Assembly (NCBI GenBank): GCA_022813865.1 | Contig: JALDZX010000007.1 | Span: forward strand, 310,001 to 374,000 | DNA: 64,000 nt | Direction: 5' to 3' | From: Xylographa opegraphella | Taxonomy: Eukaryota | Part shown: piece by piece, positions 25,471 to 37,167 of the stretch | Position numbering within the stretch: position 1 is the stretch's first letter | How the letters are laid out: each line of letters starts with the position of its first letter | Program-made: the position numbers and the translations under genes | Notes under the pieces: model-generated | What the model saw: the letters and a program-made list of their open reading frames with translations, nothing else | Database searches by the model: none | What the model was told of the DNA's origin: nothing

Positions 25471-27618
25471 ATGGTTAAGACAACCATGGGGCAAGCACCT
25501 TTAAGAACACTTCAATGGTCCAACTACAATAACCTAGAGCAGATCCGCCCTAATCCTCCAATACCTAGTCGAATCCTCTCGAACACAGGCTTTGAATATG
25601 CGGATAAAGACACTGAAGATAGTGCTAGGTGTCAGGAGACGATATTCGGTACGATCTTTCAGCCCGTTACAAAAACATTACTCGTGGACGACAGGCTTGT
25701 CAACTGCCGTAGATACTCCTATAAACCGCTTCGACGTGGCGAGATCCGGCTTATACTTCTGGGACGAATAGCTTTGAGAACGAGCGAGGCCATTGGCGGG
25801 CCCAACTGGCCCACTATTGAGCTTGTCTGTGTTCCATTGCACGAGGCTCCAAGCTTTAGAGCGATATCGTATGCATGGGGTCCATTGGACGATATCGTAT
25901 CTCTCCAGATTGGCAGGAGAAGGTTTCTGAACACCACGCGAAATCTTGCTGAAGGACTTCGCAATTTTCATTCGATGCCAGGGAAAGTGCAGTATCTCTG
26001 GGCCGACCAACTCTGTATTGATCAGGGTAACCTCGTCGAACGCGGCATACAAGTCAGTATGATGAATGAGATATACAGCGAAGCTGCAAAATGTGTGGCT
26101 TGGCTTGGCGCAGAAGATGGCGACACTCTATTGGCGTTTGAGACAATAAGGCGTGTGAGAGCTACAGGCTGGAACCTCAACCCGCTGCCAGTCGCCCCTG
26201 TTGCTCAACGACTAGTGCGGAGCAGGACATGGACTGCCGAAGCTGAACTTAAGTTATGGAGTGTTGAAGATAGGCTATGGCACGCACTGAGGACACTGTT
26301 TGATCGCGAATGGTTTTCACGACTTTGGATTCTTCAGGAGGTCGTCATTCCCAGAGTCGTATACTTCAAGTGTGGGCGGTACACCTGCAGTCAGAATGAC
26401 CTTTATATCGCGACATTTTATCTGCAACAAATGCGCCCAAGCATAGCTAATTCGTGTTCGGGAGACCGGTTAGGTAGAGCCACCATGGATGTGTCTCCCA
26501 GCGGTATTCAGTCTTGCAATGTTGTACATCGACTCCGCTGTGTGAAACGCTCTGCTATACCCAGCCAGCTCTTTTCAACTCTTCTCGTCGAGTCCAGGGC
26601 AAAATACGGGTGCTCAGACGCACATGATAGAGTGTATGCTTTACTTGGTCTGGCAGCGCTGGTGGAAGCTATTGAGGTTCCCATTGACTATAGGGAATCG
26701 GTAGCTTCCACCTACACTAGAGCCACTAAAGCAATCATTGATAAGTATCGCAGTCTGCGTATATTTGGCGCTTTAGGCTTCAAGGGGACAAGTCAGGTCG
26801 CGAATCTTCCGTCGTGGGTTCCGGATTGGAGTTTGTCAGTGCAATCCGACCCTGTGCTAGCCGTCTCTTCCTACGATGCCATGACCTTTCAATTCGCACC
26901 CGGCCGAAACTTCAACGCCTCATTGTTCCACCCACACAAGCCGAGACTCAATACAAATGCAAAGCAGCTGGTTACCACGGGCAGGATCGTTGATCGCATC
27001 CAGGGAGATGTTCACCGCTTTTCGGACGTGCAAAACTTGATACCTGAAGGATCCCCTTTACTTAGCTTAGAGGCAATCCTGCTTCGGATTTTACCTCTTT
27101 TTGCTAGGGACTGTCAATGGGGGGCACCCGAGAATCGGTCTGGACGGCGTGATGGGTCCCAGGATGCGGCAGGAATGCTGGTCGTGCAGACACTAACAGC
27201 TTTATACTGCCATGGCGACGGGGCCGAGGAGAACTTGCTCGCAATGGAGAAAAGAAACAGTCTGCGAGCCGCAGCCCGGGAAATGCTTGACGCCTTTGCA
27301 TTTTCGGTGGCACGCGGGGACAAGACACAAGAGAGACCTCTCGAACTCCAGAATTGGCTGATCCGACTTGCCGAAATGTCACAGCCGTGCATCGGTCGTA
27401 AACTGGTGGAGCTCGCAAAGTATCGCCTAGGTCTATGCCCACGAGACGGGCAGCTAGGTGACGTCGTGTGCATCCTGCACGGTTCCAGAGTCCCGGTTCT
27501 ACTACGACCTCGAGGCGACTGTTACGAAGTCGTAGGGCAGTGCTATGTGCATGGGATAATGGAGGGCGAGGCTGTTGATTGGGAAGAGGACGAAGCTGAC
27601 CTCTTCACTCTCATTTAA
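25471..27618 (+). CDS. heterokaryon incompatibility HET-domain protein (HET-6-like)
   Basis: AISYAWG, LWADQLCIDQ, ERGIQVSMMNEIY, WFSRLWILQEV, DRVYALLGL, LPSWVPDWS, GDVVCILHG..VGQCYVHGIMEGE; single 715-aa ORF. Confidence 0.92.
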   Translation: MVKTTMGQAPLRTLQWSNYNNLEQIRPNPPIPSRILSNTGFEYADKDTEDSARCQETIFGTIFQPVTKTLLVDDRLVNCRRYSYKPLRRGEIRLILLGRIALRTSEAIGGPNWPTIELVCVPLHEAPSFRAISYAWGPLDDIVSLQIGRRRFLNTTRNLAEGLRNFHSMPGKVQYLWADQLCIDQGNLVERGIQVSMMNEIYSEAAKCVAWLGAEDGDTLLAFETIRRVRATGWNLNPLPVAPVAQRLVRSRTWTAEAELKLWSVEDRLWHALRTLFDREWFSRLWILQEVVIPRVVYFKCGRYTCSQNDLYIATFYLQQMRPSIANSCSGDRLGRATMDVSPSGIQSCNVVHRLRCVKRSAIPSQLFSTLLVESRAKYGCSDAHDRVYALLGLAALVEAIEVPIDYRESVASTYTRATKAIIDKYRSLRIFGALGFKGTSQVANLPSWVPDWSLSVQSDPVLAVSSYDAMTFQFAPGRNFNASLFHPHKPRLNTNAKQLVTTGRIVDRIQGDVHRFSDVQNLIPEGSPLLSLEAILLRILPLFARDCQWGAPENRSGRRDGSQDAAGMLVVQTLTALYCHGDGAEENLLAMEKRNSLRAAAREMLDAFAFSVARGDKTQERPLELQNWLIRLAEMSQPCIGRKLVELAKYRLGLCPRDGQLGDVVCILHGSRVPVLLRPRGDCYEVVGQCYVHGIMEGEAVDWEEDEADLFTLI

Positions 27619-27845
27619 GTGCATGATTGTTCGTGCGCAACTTCCAATAGGTGTTGGAATGGGAATCTTCATCGCAGTGAAATGACTTGCTAAGATCGAT
27701 GGGTATTATACGTCTTCAAATCACCAACGGTGCAACAACACGCTAATGGCAATAGTCCCATAAAACGAAGGCACCTCAGCATCACCCACGCCCCGCTCAA
27801 GCACCGTCCGCAACGCTAAATACACACGCGGATACACACAACCCC

Positions 27846-28581
27846 TCAAGCAGCAACCGTATGCCCCCCGGGATTATAATTAGCACCATACCCGGCCCCA
27901 AAGCTACTCCCTTGGACATGATGCCGGTGGAATATCACCGAGCTATAGATGAGGGCACCGATCATAGCAACCCTAGGGACCAGGATATCAGCGTCCCACC
28001 CACCCTCAACCGTGATCACACATCGGAGGAGACTTACCAGCTGATGATGACGCTGACGATGATCAAGATGCTGTCGTAGCCCACCACGATGCCGTTGATG
28101 CACATGGCGAACAGCACCGTCCATAACAACACGTTGGTGAGCTGGAACGCGAAGTAAACCTTGGCGGGCAGGCGCGCACGCGCGTAGAGGACGATCTCCG
28201 TGACGATGAGGGCGATGGACACGATGGCGAAGGCGACGACGAGGCCGTAGAAGCTGCAATGGGGGTGGGTTAGCGAGCTGCGGCGGGCGCGGAGGCAATG
28301 ACGGGGTAGGGTATGGGGGATAGGAGGGAAGACGGATGGCGGAAAGGCAGCTGGAGGGAGGAGTGGGCTTGGTGGACGTACGCAAGCAGGATGGGAGGCG
28401 CGCTGAAGGTGGCCGAGCAGTCGTAGTAGCCGGTGTAGTCGTTGCCGCAGGTTCCGTACTCGGTCTCGCCTTGGGAATATACCGAGAGGAGGTAGGCACT
28501 GTCGCCGAGGGAGATGATGATGAAGATCAGCTGGATGACCCAGAAGGGGATGAGGACGCCGCGGAGGTAGGGCACGTCCAT
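27846..28581 (-). CDS. small multi-pass membrane protein (MARVEL-like), 3 exons
   Basis: MDVPYLRGVLIPFWVIQLIF..., IALIVTEIVLYARARLP..YFAFQLTNVLLW, hydrophobic final exon; GT-AG introns. Confidence 0.7.
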
Positions 28582-29518
28582 TGTGGTGGTGGATTCTGTC
28601 ACAACGCTTTTATTTTGCTTTGCAGAGGGTTGTCTTTTTGTACGAGTAAGATTATGCGGAAGTCGAACTTGCACGGAGTACTACAGTAGGATAATCGAAG
28701 TGTGAAGAGCAGAGCGAAAGACAACACGGGCGTCGACGGGAAAAAAGGAGGGAAGGCCGCTATAAGTGAAACGCAGCGTTGAGCCTCATCGGCCCCACCC
28801 CTTGACGGCTGCATGTTGAGCCTCACTCACCGTGACTTGTCTCTTTCTTGGCGAACGCCAAATCAATAAAAGTCGCAGCCGGTTGCATCTCGGCACCACG
28901 AATGGGTGCCGGTAGTGTCGCGCCGCGTCGCAGAGGAGGACTAGATTGAGGCCGATCATGCCAGCGCAAGGCATCTTTCAGCCTTGCGTTGCAAGCCATG
29001 TTTTGATTGAGATGCAATGGTCAGCACTAGATCGTGAGCTGAAATTAGTGGGCTTGTTAAAGTAATGGGGATTGGCTGTAGTTGAGCGCATGAGGCAGAA
29101 TGGCTTTTTAAGGATGGGCGAAGAACCTTGGTCGTTACCTGGAGGGTCCAAGCCGACTGGCTTGTCGAATGCTCATTCGCCGAAATAAGCGATATTTGGC
29201 TAAACCCTTGTCGGGCCGAAAATGTGGTCCGGCCCGCATACACGTGAAACATCATCACGGGAACGTACTTTCGACGGCTTTTAACAATATCAGAAATATC
29301 AAGTAACAATAAGAAAATCTATCAACATGGAGGTTCCGCAGAAATAGATGATGTGGAAACTGTCGCCAGGTGTTTAGAGATCTGCCCATAAATCCAAGAC
29401 GGTTCCGAATAATGCAGGTATTGTCAGATTGAAGTACTCTCGTCGGAAGAATTCTCTAGAAGATCTCTGCACCAAGGCTATAGACGGTGAGATGTCTCTC
29501 CGCAGAGTCCATTCCAAT

Positions 29519-29898
29519 CTATTGCGTCTTGACCTCGCCGTCCTTCTCCACGTGTATGTGTTCGTTCGACTCAAGAGTCGACATCTTATCATCGGGATAT
29601 TTGACCCTGGAAGATGTGAGCAAGTGACAGCGCATCTGGAAGTACTGTCGAGGACGAACGTGAAGCCCTTAATCAGGGAGAACTCATGTGTGATTTCGCC
29701 GCCTTGAGACTTTGCCGTCTCCTTGGCCCTGCAGCATTATTCTCAGTTGTTCTTCGTGTCTGGGATGCATCAGGGGGCAATAATGTACTTCGAAAGCTCT
29801 TCAGGAGAAGCGTTCTCCTTGAGTGTCACCTGAAAATCATATTAACAGGTTATAAGGGAGGTCTTGTGGCAAATGTGGCCACTTACGTTGTACTGCAT
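29519..29898 (-). CDS. peptidase inhibitor I9 (POIA1/Pbi2-like), ~70 aa, 4 exons, absent from ORF track
   Basis: MQYN|VTLKENASPEELSK|AKETAKSQGGEITHEFSLIKGFT|VKYPDDKMSTLESNEHIHVEKDGEVKTQ*; three GT-AG introns give a clean frame. Confidence 0.88.
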
Positions 29899-30276
29899 GT
29901 TGGTTCGAGCTATCAGAGTTGAAAGGCGGGGCCCGGGATCGTTGAATAATGGATGGGAATAGGTATTCACTATACAATCTGGATCTGACAACTCCCTCTA
30001 TGATATATGCGGAGAGCTTTGTGATAAGCAGCTATAAAGGATCGAGAATGAGCAGCTGACAGTAGTTGCTAGAAGCGCAACGGGCGTACGTGATCAAGTG
30101 TCCCACCATTTTCTGGCCGGATGACGCGCAGCTCGAGATAGGCTCGTTGCATAAGGTTCGGTGAAATGTACCCCCGAAGATCCCCACTTAGCGCAATCTG
30201 GATGTCAAAAAGTTCGCGAAGGCACAAAACTCGGAGCTGTGGAAAGCTGTAGCGCTAGCTGGCATAGCACTTCGAT

Positions 30277-33200
30277 ATGGACGACCAAGCCAACAGGCCC
30301 CACCGAAAGACAAAGGAAAAGAAGAAGCATTCCGGGGGTTGGTATAGTGTACAGACCCTATTGTTCTATATTCTAACATGATATAGGACCAAATCCGAAA
30401 GCTTTTGCCTACGCAGCTCCTGGCCGGTTACAGAAGCAAGCTGCTCGGTCGCATGATGTACATCGCACTCTACGATCAGTTACAGTTTTATTCTGACAAA
30501 GTCCTAGGTTAAAGAAAAGAGGCTTCATGTCCCTCTGGTGGATCGCCTACCGGAGGAAGCGCCCCCAATAATCGTTGCTGTTGTTGGACCACCAGGTGTA
30601 TGTCGCTGGATCTTGTTATACTTCGAAAGCTGCTGAAACTACCTTCAGGTTGGCAAAACAACACTCATAAAGTCTCTCATCAAACGCTACACCAAACACT
30701 CCCTCACATCCCCTACCGGCCCTCTTACGGTTGTTACGTCGAAGCGGCGCCGTCTTACATTCATTGAATGTCCCGCCGACTCTCTAGCGAGCATGATGGA
30801 CGTTGCCAAGGTTGTGGATATAGTTTTGCTAATGATTGATGGCAACTTCGGATTTGAAATGGAGACAATGGAGTTTCTCAATGTCTTATCCGCCAGTGGA
30901 ATGCCTGGCAATGTTTTCGGGATTTTGACGCACTTGGACCTATTTCGGAAACCCAGTACTCTTAAAGATGCGAAGAAGAGATTGAAGCACCGCTTCTGGA
31001 GTGAGCTGTACCACGGCGCAAAGCTTTTCTACCTTTCAGGTGTTATAAATGGACGGTATCCTGATCGCGAGGTCCACAATCTTTCTAGGTTCCTTTCAGT
31101 CATGAAAAATCCAAGACCGCTGATTTGGAGAAATTCTCATCCCTATTGCTTAGCAGACCGATTTCTAGACATAACATCGCCTACGACAAGAGAAGAAAAT
31201 CTTCGGTGTGATCGGACAATTGCATTATACGGCTATCTAAGAGGAACAAATTTTCCTGCAGAAGGATCCCGGGTGCATGTTCCTGGGGTTGGGGATCTGA
31301 GCGTAGCGCAGATCGAGGCACTCCCTGATCCTTGTCCGACGCCATACATGGACCAAGCGATTGCAAAAGTCTCTGGGAAATCTGGGCGCCGGAGGCTAGG
31401 GGAGAAGCAAAAGGTGCTATTCGCTCCTATGTCAGACGTAGGCGGGGTGCTTGTTGATAAGGACGCAGTCTACATTGATGTAAAAACTTCGACCTTCGAT
31501 AATGATGCAGGTAATGATAAAGAACGAGGATTCGGAGAACAAATGGTTGTGGATCTACAAGGAGGTCGGAAACTCCTCGGCGAAGTCGAAGACGGAGTCA
31601 GGCTATTTTCTAGTGGGGGAGCCCTTCTCGAAGCGGAGACACTCGAAGATGAAGGTGATACTGGTAGGAAATCAACGCGTCAAGCTCGAATCATTGAGAG
31701 AGAAGACAACGAGGATGATTTCGATGAGGACGAGGGCTTTGTGAGTGGTGAAGACGAAGAGAATATTTCCGGAGACCTGGATGGAAGTCCAAGCTCCGCA
31801 GCTAAGCTTGGTCGTGCTTTCCAACCTCCAAAAGACGACTCAAAAGGCGGATTTACGGATGGGGATATAGCATTTGCCGATAGTGACTCTGATATCGGAT
31901 CCGTATCTACAGTTGATGATCAGGAGCTCGAGACTGTCCCTAGTGATGACGACGAGATAGTTGACGAACAGGAGGGTGATCTAGGAAACCTTCGTTGGAA
32001 GGAGAACTTGAAGGAGAATGCGCAAAATCTGCATGGATCGCAACGAGCTTTTCGGACCATAGATTTTGCAAAAATGCTTTATGATGACTCTGTCACGCCT
32101 ACTGATGTCATACGAAGATGGCGTGGCGAAGGAGAGCCAAAGAAAGATGCTGCGATTGAGGAAGCAGTTATTGCCGACGAAGACGATGATCAATTTTTCC
32201 GGAAGGCTGATCAAGTTGATGATGACGAACTGCTAGAGGACCGATCTGTAAGGAAATTTGATTATTCGATTCTTGCACGGAAGTGGAGTAATCCGATAAA
32301 CATTGACGAGCTACGGCGTCAATTTACTAGGGCAGATTTGTTGAAGGAAAGAAGAAGAAACAAAGAAAACGCAGAAGGCAACATGTCCGATGAGGATGAC
32401 GAAGACGATGAAGGAGATGGCGAATTCGAGGACCTGGAAGACACAGAAGCACACATTACGGCAACGTCTGATGCAAATAATGTTACTGGAGAGAGCTCTA
32501 TAGAAGCCGAGCGTGAGAAAAATGCTCGGCGGAAAGAAGAGCTCAAGCTGCGATTCGAGGAAGAAGATCGAGAAGGTTTCGGGCTCACCAAGTCAAGTGA
32601 TGGTACGAAAGGGCAAGATATGGAGGAGAAATTTGGAGAAGACGACTGGTATGATGCACAGAAGTCACAAATCCAGAAGCAGCTTGCCATCAATCGTGGT
32701 GAGTTCGAGTCACTCGACGAGCAATCTAGAGTTCGAGCCGAAGGACACAGGGCCGGTACATATGCACGAATTGTGTTAGAGAATGTGCCTTGCGAATTTG
32801 CCGACAGCTTCAACTCAAAGTATCCTGTAATTGTTGGTGGACTGGCACCTACGGAAGAAAGATTTGGCTTTGTGCAGGTGCGAATAAAACGTCACAGGTG
32901 GCACAAGAAGATTTTGAAGACGAACGATCCACTCATATTTTCGTTGGGCTGGCGACGCTTTCAGGTTATGCCAGTTTACAGCATATCCGACTCGCGAACG
33001 AGAAATCGAATGCTCAAATATACGCCGGAGCATATGCATTGCTTCGGCACATTCTATGGACCTCTTATCGCTCCGAATACGGGTTTTTGCTGCGTGCAAT
33101 CTTTCTCAAATAAAATCCCGGGATTCCGGGTCGCAGCTACAGGTGTAGTACTGAACGTGGATGAGAATACAGAGATTGTGAAGAAACTCAAACTTACCGG

Positions 33201-33969
33201 TCACCCATATAAAATCTTCCGCAATACAGCATTCATTAAAGACATGTTCAGCACTGCATTGGAGATTGCCAAGTTCGAAGGGGCTAGTATTCGCACTGTT
33301 TCAGGCATACGCGGACAGATCAAGCGGGCGCTGAGCAAGCCAGATGGTCATTTCCGAGCCACGTTCGAGGACAAAATCTTGATGAGTGACATCGTCTTCC
33401 TCAGAGCGTGGTATCCTATCAAGCCGCATCGATTTTACAATCCCGTCACCAACCTCCTTGAAGATAAGTCGGTAGGAGAAGCAATCAACGAAGGGTGGAA
33501 GGGGATGAGGCTTACCGGAGAAGTAAGAGCTGCCGAGAACATACCCACACCTCAACAGAAGAATTCGACTTATAAACCCATCGAAAGACCTACACGGCAC
33601 TTCAACCCACTTCGGGTTCCCCGACAGCTTGCGGCCGACCTACCGTTCAAATCGCAAATAGCACAAATGAAGCCTCAGAAGAAAGCAACATACTTGCAAA
33701 AGCGAGCAGTAGTCCTGGGAGGAGAGGAGAAAAAAGCTAGGGATTTGATGCAGAAAATTATGACGCTTAGAAACGAAAAGGTGGCGAAGCGGCGGGTAGC
33801 ACAGGAAGCCAGAAAGGTGGGGTACAGGAAGAAGATCGCAGAGAACATGGAAAAGAAGGGCGAGAGAGAAAAGAGGGAGCGAGACGATTACTGGCGCAAA
33901 GAGGGGAAGAAGCGGAGGACCCAAAGCGAAGGCGGAGGCGGTGGCAAGAGAAGGAAGCAGTCAGGGTAA
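30277..33969 (+). CDS. BMS1: ribosome biogenesis GTPase Bms1
   Basis: Spliced start MDDQANRPHRKTKEKKKH..NPKAF..KRLHVPLVDR..GPPG|VGKTTLIKSL; LLMIDGNFGFEMET; RIKRHRWHKKILKTNDPL; KKLKLTG; RTVSGIRGQIK. Confidence 0.97.
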
Positions 33970-34842
33970 GATACTTGCCCGAACGAGTCGTTCATAGGCA
34001 GGCATTCAGTGCAGCTATACGGGAGTACTGCGATATGTTGCATAGCGACGGTGGTCGTATTGGCGACCGATAGCGATCATGTTGAACCAAGGTTCGTTGA
34101 ACTCCGTCCGTGCAGTGGTCTTATCGATTGTGAGAATGTATGCCTTGATGCGGTTAGCTTGCCCGTGTAGAGATCCAAATGGATTTGCTCCGTCCAAGAC
34201 ACTCCGTGCGGCTCCTGCCCCTTGTGCAATTTCAAGCCATAGCTTCGGCTCGGAATAGACAGATCTGACTACGAATCGCCATCCACCCTCAAAAGGATTT
34301 GTGGTGGCGTGCTGACAAGGGAACTGACTGCTTCGGCCCGTCAATGCACGCAAGCACCAACGTCGGATCTCAGGCGCTGGGAGTTTGACTGATTGGGCAC
34401 AGCCCCCGTTCCTCGTCCTGGTCAAAGCGTTTCAACGGTCGACGACAACAGCGACGTGGCCAATCGTGCTGCCTTCTACCCACCTTCTATTCACTCCCAG
34501 AATCATGCAAGCGAATCGCTGGGATATGGCCGTCAGGGATGTCGTTGGAGTCCTGTAGAAAGCTACAGCTCCGATGCAACGCACCGCACAATTGGCGAAG
34601 CCCTACAACCTCCCGTCTGCCTTGACACTCACCTCGACTGACGCATGACCCACGACAATCTCCTTCGCCGTCGGCCGCGCTGGCTTCTTATGCTTGCTGC
34701 GAGGCGTAAGAGCGGCGCGTTGATGTCTCGGTGTCACCAGCAGATCCCATCGGCAATGTATAATACATGCCGTCCCATTCTTTTGTATCATGGTTGATAC
34801 CTTTCGAGTTCTGGAGATGCTGGATGTACTAGACTCTTAAGT

Positions 34843-36336
34843 ATGGCATGGCTGAGTGCTTGTTTTGGCGGGTTGCGTTCCGTGTGGCCTCTGTCACATT
34901 GTTCATCCCAGCATGAAGCAGACGAGGATTGGCCTCCGCCACGTGAGTCCGCATGGAACTGTGTTGAGTTCTGCACTCTCTAACCAAACCCAGAACCTTT
35001 CGACGAAAAGGCGTCTTTCTTCCAGCAACCTCCACTCATCCCTCCTCCCAAGATCGACTTCGGTATCTCCCATCCGATCATTCGCAACAACTCTCAAGCT
35101 TCGAGATGGAATTCAGACAACCGAACTCTGCTTTCACGAGCGTCGAGTATAGCGAGTCACGCGACGAGGAAGAGTAGGACTCGTCGCCCAACAATCGGCG
35201 CACCTTCGGACTTTAGAAGAGTGGAGATTCTTCTCAGTCGTCAGGAGAAAGGGTTTCGACCCCTCGAACTGAGCATTTACATACCTGGGAACGAATTGCC
35301 TCCTCTACCTGTTTTCAAGAGGGACGGTTTGGTCGACCTGAGCAAGCTAGAGGCTCCACCTCCAGCATATCTCCGCAAAACAAGATCGGAAACCGTTCTT
35401 TCGAGATCGTCGACCGGTTTTAGCGTTCCTCGGAAAGCTATTGGATCTCAAAGGTGCTATTCCCGGGCCGATTCTGTCTACAGCTACGACGACAGTGCGT
35501 CTCTGTCTCCAAGCATGTTATCCCGCTCGCATTCCATCTATGTTGACGCCATCACCGCCCTCCCCCAATCCACCAGAAGCTTTCTCGATCTCCTTGACGA
35601 AGGTCCTCGTCCACCTGTCCCCCTCAAAATCAGAACCCGCAACCGCAGCCGCTCTCCCGATCCCGTCCGCCGTAACGCCAGCGACCAAAATATGCGCCTA
35701 CGCGCACACATCGAAGAACGGCAAGACATGGAAAGCCGCCTCCAGGACTTTGACACCATCGTGGAAGAATGGCGTGTCAGCGTTGATGTCTCAAGTCCTA
35801 GGCTCATCCCGCAGCCACAAGCAGAGTCCACCATCCTAGCCACCATGGAGCGCACCCTCACGCAACGCAATCCACAATTTTCCAGATCCGCACCTCACCT
35901 CCCCTACACGCGTCGGCCCCTCCCAAAAGTTCCCGCTCCGCCGTTACCGCGCCAAGTCACTCTACCCATATCGCACTTCAATGCGTGCTATGCCCAACCT
36001 CTGCAGCCTAGGCTTCCTCCACCTAGCGCTCCACCCAGCGGGCCACCTCCCGCCCCGCCTCAAACCCAGCTCTTCCATGGTTTACGCTGGTCACATCTCT
36101 CCAGCCCAGCTACTAGTCCCACAGCTGTTAACACCCAACACGCGCGGCAGCACTCCGCCTCGACCACTTCGTCTGATACTTGTCCAAGTCTGGGGTCCGC
36201 GTGGAGTACGCCGCGATCGTCACGGCAGCGGACGAGTAAGGCGTTGTATGAGCTACGGGCAGCTATTCCCTCGGGAGAGGTAGTAGGATGGAAGGGAGAG
36301 AGTCCTGTGGGGATTGAGTACGGAATTGCTTTCTAA
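34843..36336 (+). CDS. uncharacterised Pro/Ser-rich protein with CRIB-like motif (2 exons)
   Basis: MAWLSACFG.. exon, intron gtgagt..ctaac..cag (~34943-34993), then open frame with RPTIGAPSDFRRV and FRPLELSIYIPGNELPPLP. Confidence 0.7.
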
Positions 36337-37167
36337 GGAGCTGAATCTAGCGGTTGTGGGTCAAGGTATGCCAGAATTAGGTGGGGTGTACGAGTACTGG
36401 GCCTGTGAATGTCATTCCCGGGACAACGATGGTAATAGATGGCTTGTTCCCATCGTCTGAGCGGGATCTTTATGCTTTTGGATCGGTGGAGATGGTGGTC
36501 GTCCTGGCGATGAGTGCTAATTCGAAATGAGTGATGTTGCATGGAAAGCATGAAAGATACCCTTTTGGGGGCTGGTTTACAGATTGATGAGACGGAGAAC
36601 TTGATGCTTGATCTGCAGTCGTGGAATTCTACCGCTTGATGCCTGCGCTTTCAAATTCTAATATGTATGCGTGATATGTTTGGGGACATTGTCATAGCTC
36701 TTGTCTCATGCTTCGAACGTAATAATTGTGCTGGAACAGGTCGGTACAATGTTAAACCGCCATTTCTGCGCCCTGTCATTAGCTCACTCCCGATCGTCGT
36801 ACATTTCTGAATTTGCAGAATAGAAAAGTCTGTCTCGAGTATATCTCACTCTCTAGAATGGGTTTAGAGGATCTCTATAATTTGCTAGACATTCAGTGCT
36901 CGAAGCATCTCCAATTGCAAGGCATCTTGGCATAATGAGAAACTGTGATCAACAAAATGCCTTGTTAGCGGGACGGTCGCAAGCCACCCGTTTGGGCGGT
37001 GGGATGCTGCGGCACCTAAAAGGGGCCGCTGAGCTGAAGATATCCAGTCAGGAGTCATGCGTCTATAAGATCGTCCAATGTTGATTTCATTCTGCAATAT
37101 ATGTTGCTTTCTTGTACTTGCCGTTCCTCAGCGTTCCTTGCATTAGCTTTATAAGTGTGCTGTAATC

